Virus record (IMG/VR): IMGVR_UViG_3300034121_001930
Coordinates: 608 to 64,607 of that record
DNA: 64,000 nt
Direction: 5' to 3' (one strand)
DNA from: a virus
Taxonomy: Duplodnaviria; Caudoviricetes
Position numbers and translations under genes: made by a program. Shown here piece by piece: positions 45,548 through 55,165 of the stretch; the stretch's first letter is position 1, and every line of letters begins with the position of its first letter. The notes under the pieces were generated by a model. It made no database searches and was not told where the DNA came from. It saw nothing but the letters and a program-made list of their open reading frames with translations.

Positions 45548-46135
45548 ATGAAAGCAAAAGAAGACCCAAAGCTTAGCAGCAATCCCAGCAAGGGCCGCGT
45601 TCAGCCACCAATTGTGCGTCAAAAGGCTTTGGACCTATACGCCAAGGGACACGCGGTCCCTGACATCGCAAGGAATATCGGCGTTGACGCGACCACAATC
45701 CGCCGCTGGGTCAAACAGAACGGCGTTACGCACGGCGGTGCTTTGGGTCAGGTCGAGGAGCAGCCAGCCAACCCGGCCGTACTGCCGAGCGTCGAGGAAA
45801 CGCTTACCCCGACCGAGAGGCTAATGAACGCCGAGCAGATTATGGGTGCTATTGAAGCGGCTCTGCAGAGGCCCGGTGATACCGCGGACCGGTATCAGGC
45901 CATTATGGTGGCGCTGGGTCTTAACATTCTTAAGACCACAGCGGCAATGCCCCCGGCCGTTAAAAATATGCGAGACTTGGCCACGCTTAACGAGATCCTC
46001 CGCACCAATATGGGCCTTAACGCAAAGGGCGCTGGGTCGGGCGGCTTGGCAATTAACCTGAACGTTCTTACAAAAGGCGTTAAGGCAGAACAGGTTACGG
46101 TCGAGGCAGAGTTGGCAGATGAGGACCAAGACTAA
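45548..46135 (+). CDS. HTH protein, candidate terminase small subunit
   Basis: N-terminal HTH (VPDIARNIGVDATTIRRWVK), helical middle and INLNVL tail; close to terL but divergently oriented. Confidence 0.55.
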   Translation: MKAKEDPKLSSNPSKGRVQPPIVRQKALDLYAKGHAVPDIARNIGVDATTIRRWVKQNGVTHGGALGQVEEQPANPAVLPSVEETLTPTERLMNAEQIMGAIEAALQRPGDTADRYQAIMVALGLNILKTTAAMPPAVKNMRDLATLNEILRTNMGLNAKGAGSGGLAINLNVLTKGVKAEQVTVEAELADEDQD

Positions 46136-46139
46136 TCTA

Positions 46140-46168
46140 TTGACCCTTGTAAATACAAAGTATATACT
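46140..46168 (+). promoter_or_regulatory. Sigma70-type promoter, near-leaderless
   Basis: TTGACC-17 nt-TATACT, then 7 nt to the ATG at 46176. Confidence 0.7.
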
Positions 46169-46175
46169 CAAGATT

Positions 46176-46472
46176 ATGGCCGTGCCAAAACACTTTAAAA
46201 GACTGCCGTCTGGGAAGATCCAGTTCCGCGGCGAGTTGTTCGCTGGCTTTAATAAGCCAAAGCGCGCCCCAAAGGACTCCGAGAAAAAGTTTGTTGTGCT
46301 CGGAAAGCAAGGCGATAAGGTCAGAAAAGTCTCGTTCGGCGCGCGTGGATACGAGGATTTTACCCAGCACAAGGACCCCAAACGACGCTCAAATTTCAGG
46401 GCGCGCCATAATTGCCAGACCGCCAAAGACAAGACAACAGCCAGATACTGGGCCTGTAAACATCTGTGGTAA
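46176..46472 (+). CDS. Small basic conserved viral protein (DUF5754-like)
   Basis: KVSFGARGYEDFTQHKDPKRRSNFRARH...ARYWA...LW motif. Confidence 0.65.
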   Translation: MAVPKHFKRLPSGKIQFRGELFAGFNKPKRAPKDSEKKFVVLGKQGDKVRKVSFGARGYEDFTQHKDPKRRSNFRARHNCQTAKDKTTARYWACKHLW

Positions 46473-46532
46473 ATGAGTTTAAATTTTTTTTTCTTGCAAA
46501 GTTTTCGTTAATCGGCTAAGACCATCCTCGTT

Positions 46533-46769
46533 ATGAGTTTTGGATCCGGAGCAGGAAAAGGAGATCTTCCCCGTCACGTAGACGGCGAAGCGTTCAGAAA
46601 TAACTTCGACGATATCTTTCGTAAGCAAAGAGAATTCACTTACGGAGAACTTCTTAAGCTACACGACAACGCAGTTGAAGCTGGACAATTTGACAAGGCA
46701 GCAGAATACAAACAAAAAATAGAACGACTAAAATATGAAGACCAAAACAATAAACAACTGTCAGACTAG
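46533..46769 (+). CDS. Hypothetical protein
   Basis: GAGKGDLPR...FRNNFDDIF motif typical of small phage proteins. Confidence 0.6.
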   Translation: MSFGSGAGKGDLPRHVDGEAFRNNFDDIFRKQREFTYGELLKLHDNAVEAGQFDKAAEYKQKIERLKYEDQNNKQLSD

Positions 46770-46959
46770 GCTAGCCACCAACGAAGACTTCGTTAGTCTA
46801 ATGGAATCCATTGGCGTGAAACCAACAGCACCAATTAAAAATAAACGCGTAACCCAAATGATAACACACCCAGATACAGGCGAGTTGGTTTTGCGGGGCA
46901 CCCACGAAGGCGACAACTTGTGGTCCTTACAGTTTAACTCTTTAGTGTTCACTAACTAA
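46735..46959 (+). CDS. Hypothetical protein
   Basis: 74-aa co-oriented ORF. Confidence 0.5.
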   Translation: MKTKTINNCQTRLATNEDFVSLMESIGVKPTAPIKNKRVTQMITHPDTGELVLRGTHEGDNLWSLQFNSLVFTN

Positions 46960-46965
46960 AATTCA

Positions 46966-47943
46966 ATGCAAACACAATACAACGACCCCAAAGGGCAAGC
47001 GGGCTCCCTTAAAGCTCCATTGGGATTAGTCCCGCCGTACGCAATGGAGCAGACCTCATGGGTCCACAAGTTGGGCGCAGACAAGTATGGTCCGTGGAAC
47101 TGGCGCGAGACTGGCGTTTGTGCCAGCACTTATGTCAACGCGATCCTGCGCCACTTGAACGCATGGCGTGACGGTGAATCACTGGACCCTGAATCCGGTA
47201 TCACGCATCTGGCACACATTGCCTGTAGCGCGAACATCCTCATGGATGCAGAGGTATGTGGCAAGCTACAGGATGACAGGAACAAGCGACCCACTAACGA
47301 CGAAACTGAGGAAGGTTCTCCGAAAGTAGGTGGGTTTGAGCTTGATGAGGAGTTAATGAACGACATCCTTAAATGGATTCGTGGCGAAGACGAAGAGCCA
47401 CCAACTAAACATGTCGGCGGCGGTGAGTCGTACGAAGACTTTTGGGGTCCGCTCGCCGAAGACACCGTACCAGAATACCGCGTCCTTAAAGAAGGAGAGT
47501 TCATTCAAGAAGGCGATGAGTTCTTCGATGAACAAGTTGGCGAATGGAAAGAGACGGGCATATTGAAGGATATGGGGATAGAAGTGGCATCCATTGATCT
47601 GTACCGCCGTAAGGTCGCAGATTGCGACCTTAAAGAAGAGCCGTCGATAAAGTATCGCGTCGAGACTGCAGCGTATCGCAAACTAGAAGAAGGCGAAAAA
47701 CTACAGGACGGTGATGAAGTGTATGTCGGTGAAGACCACTGGTTGCCTGTGTACGTTTCAGATTGGGTGACTCCTTCGATTGTCCGCAACGGAACCTACC
47801 GCCGCAAGATCACAGATTGTGATCTTAAACCAGAATCCCCAATCGACGACGAGTGCAAATGCGGTCTCCGTAAAATTTATCATTGGCTTTACGGGTACAT
47901 CTGCGAAGACTGCGAAATCAAATATCCAGACCCACAACCATGA
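46966..47943 (+). CDS. dATP/dGTP diphosphohydrolase-domain protein (DUF5664-like) with a repeated acidic C-terminal module
   Basis: K.PLGLVP...GADKYGPWNWR...Y.NAILRHL.AW.DGE.LDPESG..HLAH motif. Confidence 0.8.
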   Translation: MQTQYNDPKGQAGSLKAPLGLVPPYAMEQTSWVHKLGADKYGPWNWRETGVCASTYVNAILRHLNAWRDGESLDPESGITHLAHIACSANILMDAEVCGKLQDDRNKRPTNDETEEGSPKVGGFELDEELMNDILKWIRGEDEEPPTKHVGGGESYEDFWGPLAEDTVPEYRVLKEGEFIQEGDEFFDEQVGEWKETGILKDMGIEVASIDLYRRKVADCDLKEEPSIKYRVETAAYRKLEEGEKLQDGDEVYVGEDHWLPVYVSDWVTPSIVRNGTYRRKITDCDLKPESPIDDECKCGLRKIYHWLYGYICEDCEIKYPDPQP

Positions 47944-48406
47944 ACGACCGGCAAGAACCAAACAATAGACCGCAGGATGGGCGCATTTGCGATTGTGAAG
48001 ATGCACCGTGTTGCGGGTGTTACGATCTACCATAAAAAATATGCACAACGACCGACGAATGAAGATTACTGTGGAGATCCCACATGAAGGAAGCAAGATG
48101 GAGTTCTCGTTTCCGCGAGACGCTCCGCTAGACGAACTCATTACAGTGTTTCGCACCGTAATGACTTACATGGCATGGCATCCTGATATCACGGAGTCCA
48201 TGTTCAAGCGGGAGTTCCTTGAGGACAACTGCATCTAGTTATGCAACGAAAGCCTAAAGTCACCTACCAGTGTTCCTGCGCCAGCATTGGTGTCTTAAGG
48301 AGCGCCTGTAGGGGACCATTAGGCTGCAAAAACAAACTGGACTATGAAGCGTATTTGGAATCCAAAAAACCAAAGCGTTGGGTCTGGAAAAAATAATTCT
48401 CCGAAT

Positions 48407-48483
48407 CGCAGGGCATGCAGTAGCGGTGCTGCGCCAGTCTCATAAGCTGGAAAGTGTGGGTTCGACTCCCACCCCTGCAACCA
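48407..48483 (+). tRNA. tRNA-Met (CAU) with C1:A72 mismatch; encoded CCA
   Basis: Acceptor CGCAGGG/CCCTGCA, anticodon arm CCAGT-CTCATAA-GCTGG, T arm GTGGG-TTCGACT-CCCAC, ACCA end. Confidence 0.85.
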
Positions 48484-48489
48484 ATCTCC

Positions 48490-48564
48490 GCCCCTTTAGT
48501 ATAACGGTTATTACACGAAATTTGTAATTTTGATATGATGGTTCGACTCCGTCAAGGGGCTCCA
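48490..48564 (+). tRNA. tRNA-Thr (UGU); encoded CCA
   Basis: Acceptor GCCCCTT/AAGGGGC, anticodon loop TTTGTAA, GGTTCGACTCC T arm, TCCA end. Confidence 0.85.
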
Positions 48565-48699
48565 CAATTTCCCGTACCGGTTGGGAGAAACACGACAGTT
48601 TTGGCAGTAGCGGTCAGTGGATCGAGCCGCGCACTCTGAGCAAAAAGGCTGCATTCCCTAACGGGAACTAAACAGGAAACAGACACAACTAAACACTAA

Positions 48700-48948
48700 A
48701 TGACACCGATCAGGAACATGAACACAATAACATCAAGAATAACAGTGCTGCCGAAAGGCGAACCGATCTTCAGCTATAAGGCTACAGAGATCGGCATCAT
48801 GGACGAAGCCGCTGGACCCTTTATCGAAATGCGGCAGATCGCAGAGAACGGCGAAGAAAAAATTCTCCAATTCGACATTGACGAGTGGCCGCACATCGCG
48901 AAGGCTACGAGCAAGCTGATTCAGGAAATCGAGAAACTGAAGCCATGA
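48700..48948 (+). CDS. Hypothetical protein
   Basis: 82-aa ORF (IMDEAAGPFIE); start may be at 48718. Confidence 0.6.
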   Translation: MTPIRNMNTITSRITVLPKGEPIFSYKATEIGIMDEAAGPFIEMRQIAENGEEKILQFDIDEWPHIAKATSKLIQEIEKLKP

Positions 48949-49342
48949 GCGAAGAAGAAACCGACAAAAGATGCGCTCAAATGTTGGGCCGCATTGGCCT
49001 GATGATTCCAGAGGAGTTCTTCGAGACGGACTATTCCACAGTAGAGGATGCTGTGGGCTTGCTGCTCGAACGGTATTACTCTGAGATGGCCACGAAGTTC
49101 TATAACGAAAACCAGAAACAACTAAAACGAAACAGGAAAAATGAGCAGGACACCAAAAACGAATCACGTCTATTGCCCACACTGCGACAGCAACAATGAG
49201 CCGTACTTCTCACGCTCTGTACCGATGGGTTTTTATTGTCGTGATTGCGGCAAAGACGTTGATGAAAAACAATCCGACCAAACAATGAGTGACACACCAA
49301 ATACACGCGCTGTCATTCAGGCCGCCGTGAAAGGAGGGAGCG

Positions 49343-49690
49343 ATGACTAAAGAACAAATCAACATCGCAATTGCAGAAGCGTGTGGGTGGACTGGATTTA
49401 ATCCCGACAACATTCCAGACTGCCTCCAATATACAGCACGATCACCATCTGGTAAATGGGGTTTGATACCCGACTACCTCAACGACCTCAACGCGATGCA
49501 TGAAGCGGAGAACCACCTCCCATCTGACAAAAAAGAAGATTACTGGTATCAGTTATACGAGAATTGTCGCCGATCAGTCTTCTCCCGTGTTGAAGACAAC
49601 TATAAGATGCTACACGCAACAGCCGCCCAACGGGCTCGCGCTTTTCTCAGAACCATTAACAAGTGGGAAGGAGGGAGCCATGATAATTGA
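49343..49690 (+). CDS. Phage ABA-sandwich-like hypothetical protein
   Basis: INIAIAEACGW...PDYLNDLNAMHEAE...ATAAQRARAFL; GGAGG upstream. Confidence 0.55.
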   Translation: MTKEQINIAIAEACGWTGFNPDNIPDCLQYTARSPSGKWGLIPDYLNDLNAMHEAENHLPSDKKEDYWYQLYENCRRSVFSRVEDNYKMLHATAAQRARAFLRTINKWEGGSHDN

Positions 49691-49884
49691 CCAAATGACA
49701 ACGACCGACAAAATAGAGTACTATAAAAAACTACTCGAACTTGAACGGCTCACGCTTGCCGCCGTTACAGAGCAACGCGACAGGCTGGCGGAGGTGCTGA
49801 ATGATCTTTGGCATCATTATTCACTAACAGGTGCGGCATACGAGTTAATCGAGAAAGCGCTCGCCGCCGTGAAAGGAGGGAGCG

Positions 49885-50223
49885 ATGAGTGACACACCAA
49901 GAACAGATAAAGAAACCGGAAAGTCAATGGGGAGCGACTCAATTGTTTATGCGTCGTTTGCCCGACAATTGGAGCGTGAGCTTACAGAAACCTGTAAGAG
50001 ATACGAGATAGCCTGTGAGACAGCCGCAAAGATGCATGCTGCCGCCGTTGGTGAAATCAAAGGTCCGCATATTGATCCTGTCCAAGACGTAGCAAACGTA
50101 CGCCGCGAGCGCGACGAATACAGAGGACTGCTTATTGAGCTTTACAACGACATCAACGTCATTCATTCCGGCAAAGCTGTCAGCAAACTCAATAAACTTT
50201 TCAGGGATGAAAACTACAACTAA
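49885..50223 (+). CDS. Hypothetical coiled-coil protein (SDTPRTD...FARQLEREL family)
   Basis: Common phage accessory motif; GGAGG upstream. Confidence 0.65.
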   Translation: MSDTPRTDKETGKSMGSDSIVYASFARQLERELTETCKRYEIACETAAKMHAAAVGEIKGPHIDPVQDVANVRRERDEYRGLLIELYNDINVIHSGKAVSKLNKLFRDENYN

Positions 50224-50379
50224 TGATTGACGAATCCCACATCATCGGCGTAGTTACCGTTCTGTACGCAGCAGTGGGTGTGTCCCACGCTGTAAGCGGC
50301 AACTATCCGTGGGCATTAGTCTGGTGCGCTTACGCACTAGCCAATGTCGGACTGATGTGGGCTTCCAACAAATAGATCT

Positions 50380-50622
50380 ATGAAACCATACTACTACGTA
50401 TACCGATACAACAATAGCGCACCAAGAGTGCGCCACGCCACACTTGAAGCCGCGCAAGCAGAAGCAATGCGACTGGCAGATCAGCACCCTACAGGATACT
50501 TCGAGATCCTGAAATGTGTTGGGTTTGCCAGAACAACCAAAGCAGCAACGTTCTGGATGGATGGTGAAGAGCCACCTAAAAGTAGAAATCCTATTTATGA
50601 CAACATGCCAGCGTACCACTAA
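50380..50622 (+). CDS. Hypothetical protein
   Basis: PRVRHATLEAAQAEAMRLA...F.IL, a common phage motif. Confidence 0.65.
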   Translation: MKPYYYVYRYNNSAPRVRHATLEAAQAEAMRLADQHPTGYFEILKCVGFARTTKAATFWMDGEEPPKSRNPIYDNMPAYH

Positions 50623-50807
50623 AATTCCGTCGCGTCGCTACACCTGCAAGATGTGTGGGCGAAAGGGACGCCGTAACAACGCACCGGATGAACGGCTGAG
50701 AGAACCCGTCTGTCCATCGTGCGAAAAAAGTCTTCGACATTTCGATTCAATTATCGCACACATGTCTCTCTTCGACATCATCAAACGCAAAATTAGAAAC
50801 AAGTACC

Positions 50808-51101
50808 ATGACACTAAAAGAACTAGAAGACATAATTCATTATCGTAAGAAACTTGATGGGGTGTTCCGTGACGCTGAGAGGGTCGGTGTTATTGACCCC
50901 AATGGACCGCTCTTCGATACCGTGTGGCGTGCTGTCGAAGCCGTCACTTGCATCGTAGATCCCTATGACTGGATCGGATGGTTTATTCATGACAACGAGT
51001 ACGGCAAAAACGGACTCGAAGCCGACATCGATAACAAGACCATCAAAGTCAAATCCGTTAAAGATTTGTACACCGTAATTAAAAGGTCAGAGAAACTATG
51101 A
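50808..51101 (+). CDS. Hypothetical protein
   Basis: DWIGWFIHDNEYGK motif. Confidence 0.65.
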   Translation: MTLKELEDIIHYRKKLDGVFRDAERVGVIDPNGPLFDTVWRAVEAVTCIVDPYDWIGWFIHDNEYGKNGLEADIDNKTIKVKSVKDLYTVIKRSEKL

Positions 51102-51635
51102 GTGCTGTAGACGACGCCATCTCAACGATTATTGCTGACAAAAATGCAGCCCTTAAAGAAGCAGCGTTGTGGAAAGCAGAGGCTGAGAGGTGGAGACAAA
51201 TAGCTTTAGAACAATCACATGAAAACAGAACAGATAGAGAAACAAATAATACAGAAACTAATCCTGACTGCCCTTAAAGAGGCTTATTTCAGAAGAGCCA
51301 AAAAAGAAAAGTTAGGATCTACACAAATACTCACAGCAGAAATGGATTTGCTAGAAATCGCAATTAGAGAACTAGCTGACTCTATTAATAATGAAAAATA
51401 ATTTAGATCCTATAAACAAAACAGGCAAACTCCATTGGCACGCCGTAGCGTTTACAGACCCTAATTTCAGAGATTACGCCATAATTGCACCGACCCCCGA
51501 ACACGCGCAAGCGTTAGCGGCTAGGCTAACCGGAGTAAAAATAAAGCGCAGTACGGTACAACCGGTTGTTGTGCGCCCGCGAAAACTTGTTAACCAGACT
51601 TGACATTTGCAACTTATTTACAGTAAGTTGTATGG

Positions 51636-52172
51636 GTGTCCCATAAAAATATAATCGGCATAGATAACGGGCTAGACGGAGGCTGCTGCGCAATGGACGC
51701 GGCGACCGGACGTATACTAGACGTACTACGCATGCCGAACACTAAGTTTGCAGGACTCCGAGAAATAGATCCTGAATCTCTTCTTAAATGGTTAAAGGTT
51801 TGGAAAGACCCACTGGTAGCCATAGAGGAACCACTTTACTACGCGGCAACTTTGCAGAGCATGAGGAGCATGTCTATAAGCTTTGGTAAACTAATTGGAA
51901 TGTGTAGCGCGGCGGACATACCTTATGTGCGCGTGCAGGTTCCAGAGTGGCACAAAAATATGTTAGGAAGTAAAGTGCCCAAAGGCTTGACAAAAGACTA
52001 TGCATTGGCTAAAGCACGTCTGCTTTGGCCGACTCAAGATTGGTGTGTCGGTAAAAGCAAAGTACCGCACGACGGCATTATAGACGCAGCATTAATAGGC
52101 AAATACGCAAATGAAAATAGTATCCAAGAACCGCTACGGAAACGACGTAACACTCGTAAAGTTAAATCCTAA
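51636..52172 (+). CDS. RuvC-like Holliday junction resolvase
   Basis: IIGIDNGLDGG, VAIEE, V.VPEWHK, HDGIIDAALI; TTGACA-18-TAAGTT-6-GTG upstream. Confidence 0.85.
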   Translation: MSHKNIIGIDNGLDGGCCAMDAATGRILDVLRMPNTKFAGLREIDPESLLKWLKVWKDPLVAIEEPLYYAATLQSMRSMSISFGKLIGMCSAADIPYVRVQVPEWHKNMLGSKVPKGLTKDYALAKARLLWPTQDWCVGKSKVPHDGIIDAALIGKYANENSIQEPLRKRRNTRKVKS

Positions 52173-52392
52173 TAAATGGATCTGGCGGGTAGATAGTGAC
52201 GGGCTGGCGTGGAGTTTCGCTGGGGGCCCAGACGGCTACACCATGGTGGACCCTCCGGGCGGTCCGTGTTTAATTGTTGGTAATTTTCTTCTAAACACTA
52301 ACGAAAAAATTACTAAAATAAAATACGAACCGTACTTTGTAGACGGCAACGGTTTTGAATATTTTGATTATATTGTGTACACTGAATCATGA
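52111..52392 (+). CDS. Hypothetical protein
   Basis: NRYG...MVDPPGGP motif; ATGA overlap with the helicase. Confidence 0.6.
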   Translation: MKIVSKNRYGNDVTLVKLNPNKWIWRVDSDGLAWSFAGGPDGYTMVDPPGGPCLIVGNFLLNTNEKITKIKYEPYFVDGNGFEYFDYIVYTES

Positions 52393-53729
52393 AAACATTG
52401 TTTCCAGCGCAGCAAAAGGCCAGAGACTTTTTTGTGAGTGTTCACCGCAATAGAAGTTTAAATACTCTGGACACAAGCATGGTCGGGACTGGCAAAACTG
52501 TAGTTAGCGCCAGCCTAGCCATTGCTCTTGGTTTTCCGGTAGCGGTAGTGTGCCCAAAATCTGTTATAGTTAGCTGGAAGCGTGAACTTGCAGAGCATGG
52601 AATTGAACCTTTGTTTGTCCTAAATTATGAGTCGCTGCGCACAGGAAACACAGTTTACTTGAAAAAGGTAGGGAAAAAAATAATGCGCTGGGCGCTTCCG
52701 CCGGACACACTAATTATTTTTGACGAGGTCCACAAGTGCAAGGGGGCCTATTCCCAAAACGCCCAGCTGCTTATTAGCGCCGCCCAGCAAAAATATAAAC
52801 TGCACTTGCTCAGCGCAACCGCTTGCGAAGACCCAACAGAAATGCGCGCTTTGGGTTACGCAACTGGCCTGCACAACCTAAACACACCGCAGGCTCCTTT
52901 GCGCGGCTGGGTGGGTTGGATGTACTCTGTTGGGTGCGCCCAAGATACTTGGGGGAGCTGGTACCTGCGTGACAAAGAGAAACTAAAGGATCTTAAGGAG
53001 CAACTTTATGGGCCCAACGGAATAGCGTATCGCCTTTCTGTAAAGGATTTTCCCGATAGTTTTAAACAGAATCATGTGCACATGTTTCCTGTATCTTGCA
53101 CCAAGGATGTTTATTCAAGATACAAGATTAGTGAAGAAGCCCTAACAAGCTACATTATTGATTCGACAATTGACGAGGACCAAGAACAAGAAAGCGAGCC
53201 ATTTATTGTGCGGCTGCTCCGGGCTCGACAGGAAGCAGAACTTAATAAGGTGACAAATTTAGTCCAGCTTACCCAAGACTACGTTGACCAAAATATGGCG
53301 GTAATTCTATTCGTTAACTTTAGAGAGACCGCAGAAAAGTTAGCGCAAGAACTTAAATGTAATGTGGTGCAGGGCGGCCAGTTAAGCACCAAACGCCAAG
53401 AGTTTATTGACAACTTCCAAAACGACACTGATCAAGTTCTGGTTATTAACATTGAGGCTGGTGGGACTGGACTGAGCCTCCATGACGTAAGCGGAAAAAG
53501 GCAGCGCGTGTCGTTAATAAGTCCTACCTTTAACGCTAAGAGTCACTTGCAGGTGCTCGGTCGCACACACCGCAACGGCGCTAAATCAGATTCGCTGCAG
53601 CTTGTTGTTGTGGCGGCCGGAACCGTCGAAGAAAACGTAGTCAACATTATTAACAAAAAGTGTGAGAACCTCCAAACATTGCACGGTATTGAATACACGC
53701 GACTTGACGAAAATCTTGATTTAGGGTAA
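52389..53729 (+). CDS. Superfamily 2 (SNF2-like) helicase
   Basis: GTGKT, DEVH, LSAT, GGTGLSL, QVLGRTHR. Confidence 0.9.
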   Translation: MKTLFPAQQKARDFFVSVHRNRSLNTLDTSMVGTGKTVVSASLAIALGFPVAVVCPKSVIVSWKRELAEHGIEPLFVLNYESLRTGNTVYLKKVGKKIMRWALPPDTLIIFDEVHKCKGAYSQNAQLLISAAQQKYKLHLLSATACEDPTEMRALGYATGLHNLNTPQAPLRGWVGWMYSVGCAQDTWGSWYLRDKEKLKDLKEQLYGPNGIAYRLSVKDFPDSFKQNHVHMFPVSCTKDVYSRYKISEEALTSYIIDSTIDEDQEQESEPFIVRLLRARQEAELNKVTNLVQLTQDYVDQNMAVILFVNFRETAEKLAQELKCNVVQGGQLSTKRQEFIDNFQNDTDQVLVINIEAGGTGLSLHDVSGKRQRVSLISPTFNAKSHLQVLGRTHRNGAKSDSLQLVVVAAGTVEENVVNIINKKCENLQTLHGIEYTRLDENLDLG

Positions 53730-53744
53730 GAATTATCCCTTACC

Positions 53745-53963
53745 ATGGACCTAACGACGCACAAACAATTAGCAATTTTTCTAAGCACATCAAACGCAGC
53801 ACTAAGGCAAATGCATAAATTATGCGTTAAGTACAGCGGGCCAGACTCAAAACAAAGTGTTCAAATAAAAGGATTGCTAAAATCCTTAGGCTCAGTTAAA
53901 GAACACTTACTGGCCGACGCCGAACAGATTACTCAAACACACATTAATCCATATGGAAAATAA
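53745..53963 (+). CDS. Hypothetical protein
   Basis: 72-aa ORF; TTGACG-17-TAAGAA upstream. Confidence 0.55.
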   Translation: MDLTTHKQLAIFLSTSNAALRQMHKLCVKYSGPDSKQSVQIKGLLKSLGSVKEHLLADAEQITQTHINPYGK

Positions 53964-55095
53964 AAACGTAGACCATAGCGCACGTCCTCACGCAGAGTTT
54001 GGACCGAGCAGCCTAAAGCACATTAACAACTGCCCCGGCTGGGAGAGTAGGGGCGGCACAAACTCGGCCGCAGAAATGGGCACACGTATCCACGAAGCCG
54101 TTGAAATCCGAAACCCAAGCGCCCTGCATGACGAGAAAGAAGTTGAAATCTATGAGAAGCTTCTCGAGGACATGGACGGCGCAATTGAATTTCTGCGCAC
54201 ACGCACAAAAATCGAGCCAGTTATTCACCAAGAAATTCGTCTGGAAATGCAGCTTAACGGCTGCGAAACATTTGGTACCGCGGACATTGTCGCGGTGGCC
54301 GGTAACTGCGCGGTGCTCCATGACCACAAAACAGGCATTGGAAAAGTAGACGCCCCGCCCGAAAATTGGCAGAGCACTGCGTACGCCGTAGGCGTATTTC
54401 AAATGTTCCCAGAAGTGACCTCCATATTTGCAAGCTTTAGCATGCCGCAGCGAAACGAGCTTTTGGTTGGTGAGTACACCCGCGAGAAGCTTGCGGAGTA
54501 TATTGAGAGACTGAGCATTCCTATCCAGCAGGCCACGCGTACCAGACCACAGTGGGCCTTCGGCGGAGTCCCGGACTGGGAACAACTTAGCATTAGCAAT
54601 AGCTGCCAGTACTGCCTACACAAGGACAGGTGCCCCGCCTTGGGTCACACCGCACAGGAGGTCGTTAAGCGTTATAGTCCCGAACAGCTTCCCAGCGGAA
54701 ACATCTCAGGCAAGGATATTGAGGACCCAGAAGTACTGGCGCGCATGTACGTTGTTGCTACAATTGTAGAAAAGTGGGCAGAAGGGATTCGATACCGTGC
54801 CGTTGAAATGGCCAAGCAGGGCCACGAGTTGCCGGGCCTGCGCCTAAAAAGTTTAGGTTCCCGAAAGATTATTGTGGACAAAGCTGGATTCCTCAGTTAT
54901 GCCTCTGAGCGCGGCCTGACCGCTTTCGACATTATTCAACTCAGCGATGTACCACTGGCCAAAATTAGAGACCATTACGCAAGTAAGGCTCCTAAAGGTA
55001 AAAAGACCGCGTGGGCTCGCGAATTTGAAGACGGCATGCAGGCCGAAAGAATTTTGGATAAGGGCGCCGAAAGGTTCACCCTGACCCAAGAATAA
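53953..55095 (+). CDS. Cas4-like PD-(D/E)xK exonuclease (DUF2800-like)
   Basis: GPSS...CPG, GTRIHE, FGTAD, DHKTG, NWQ..AY, CQYC...CP. Confidence 0.85.
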   Translation: MENKNVDHSARPHAEFGPSSLKHINNCPGWESRGGTNSAAEMGTRIHEAVEIRNPSALHDEKEVEIYEKLLEDMDGAIEFLRTRTKIEPVIHQEIRLEMQLNGCETFGTADIVAVAGNCAVLHDHKTGIGKVDAPPENWQSTAYAVGVFQMFPEVTSIFASFSMPQRNELLVGEYTREKLAEYIERLSIPIQQATRTRPQWAFGGVPDWEQLSISNSCQYCLHKDRCPALGHTAQEVVKRYSPEQLPSGNISGKDIEDPEVLARMYVVATIVEKWAEGIRYRAVEMAKQGHELPGLRLKSLGSRKIIVDKAGFLSYASERGLTAFDIIQLSDVPLAKIRDHYASKAPKGKKTAWAREFEDGMQAERILDKGAERFTLTQE

Positions 55096-55165
55096 AACTG
55101 AAGGCAAGTACCGCAGCAATTGTAGCCAGTAAAATAACAATAGCTGTAAAAAAGAAAACAGAGTT

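Noticed and set aside
53953-55095. Cas4-like gene as evidence of CRISPR-Cas
   Set aside because: It is a solo phage exonuclease within the replication module, with no array or other cas genes.
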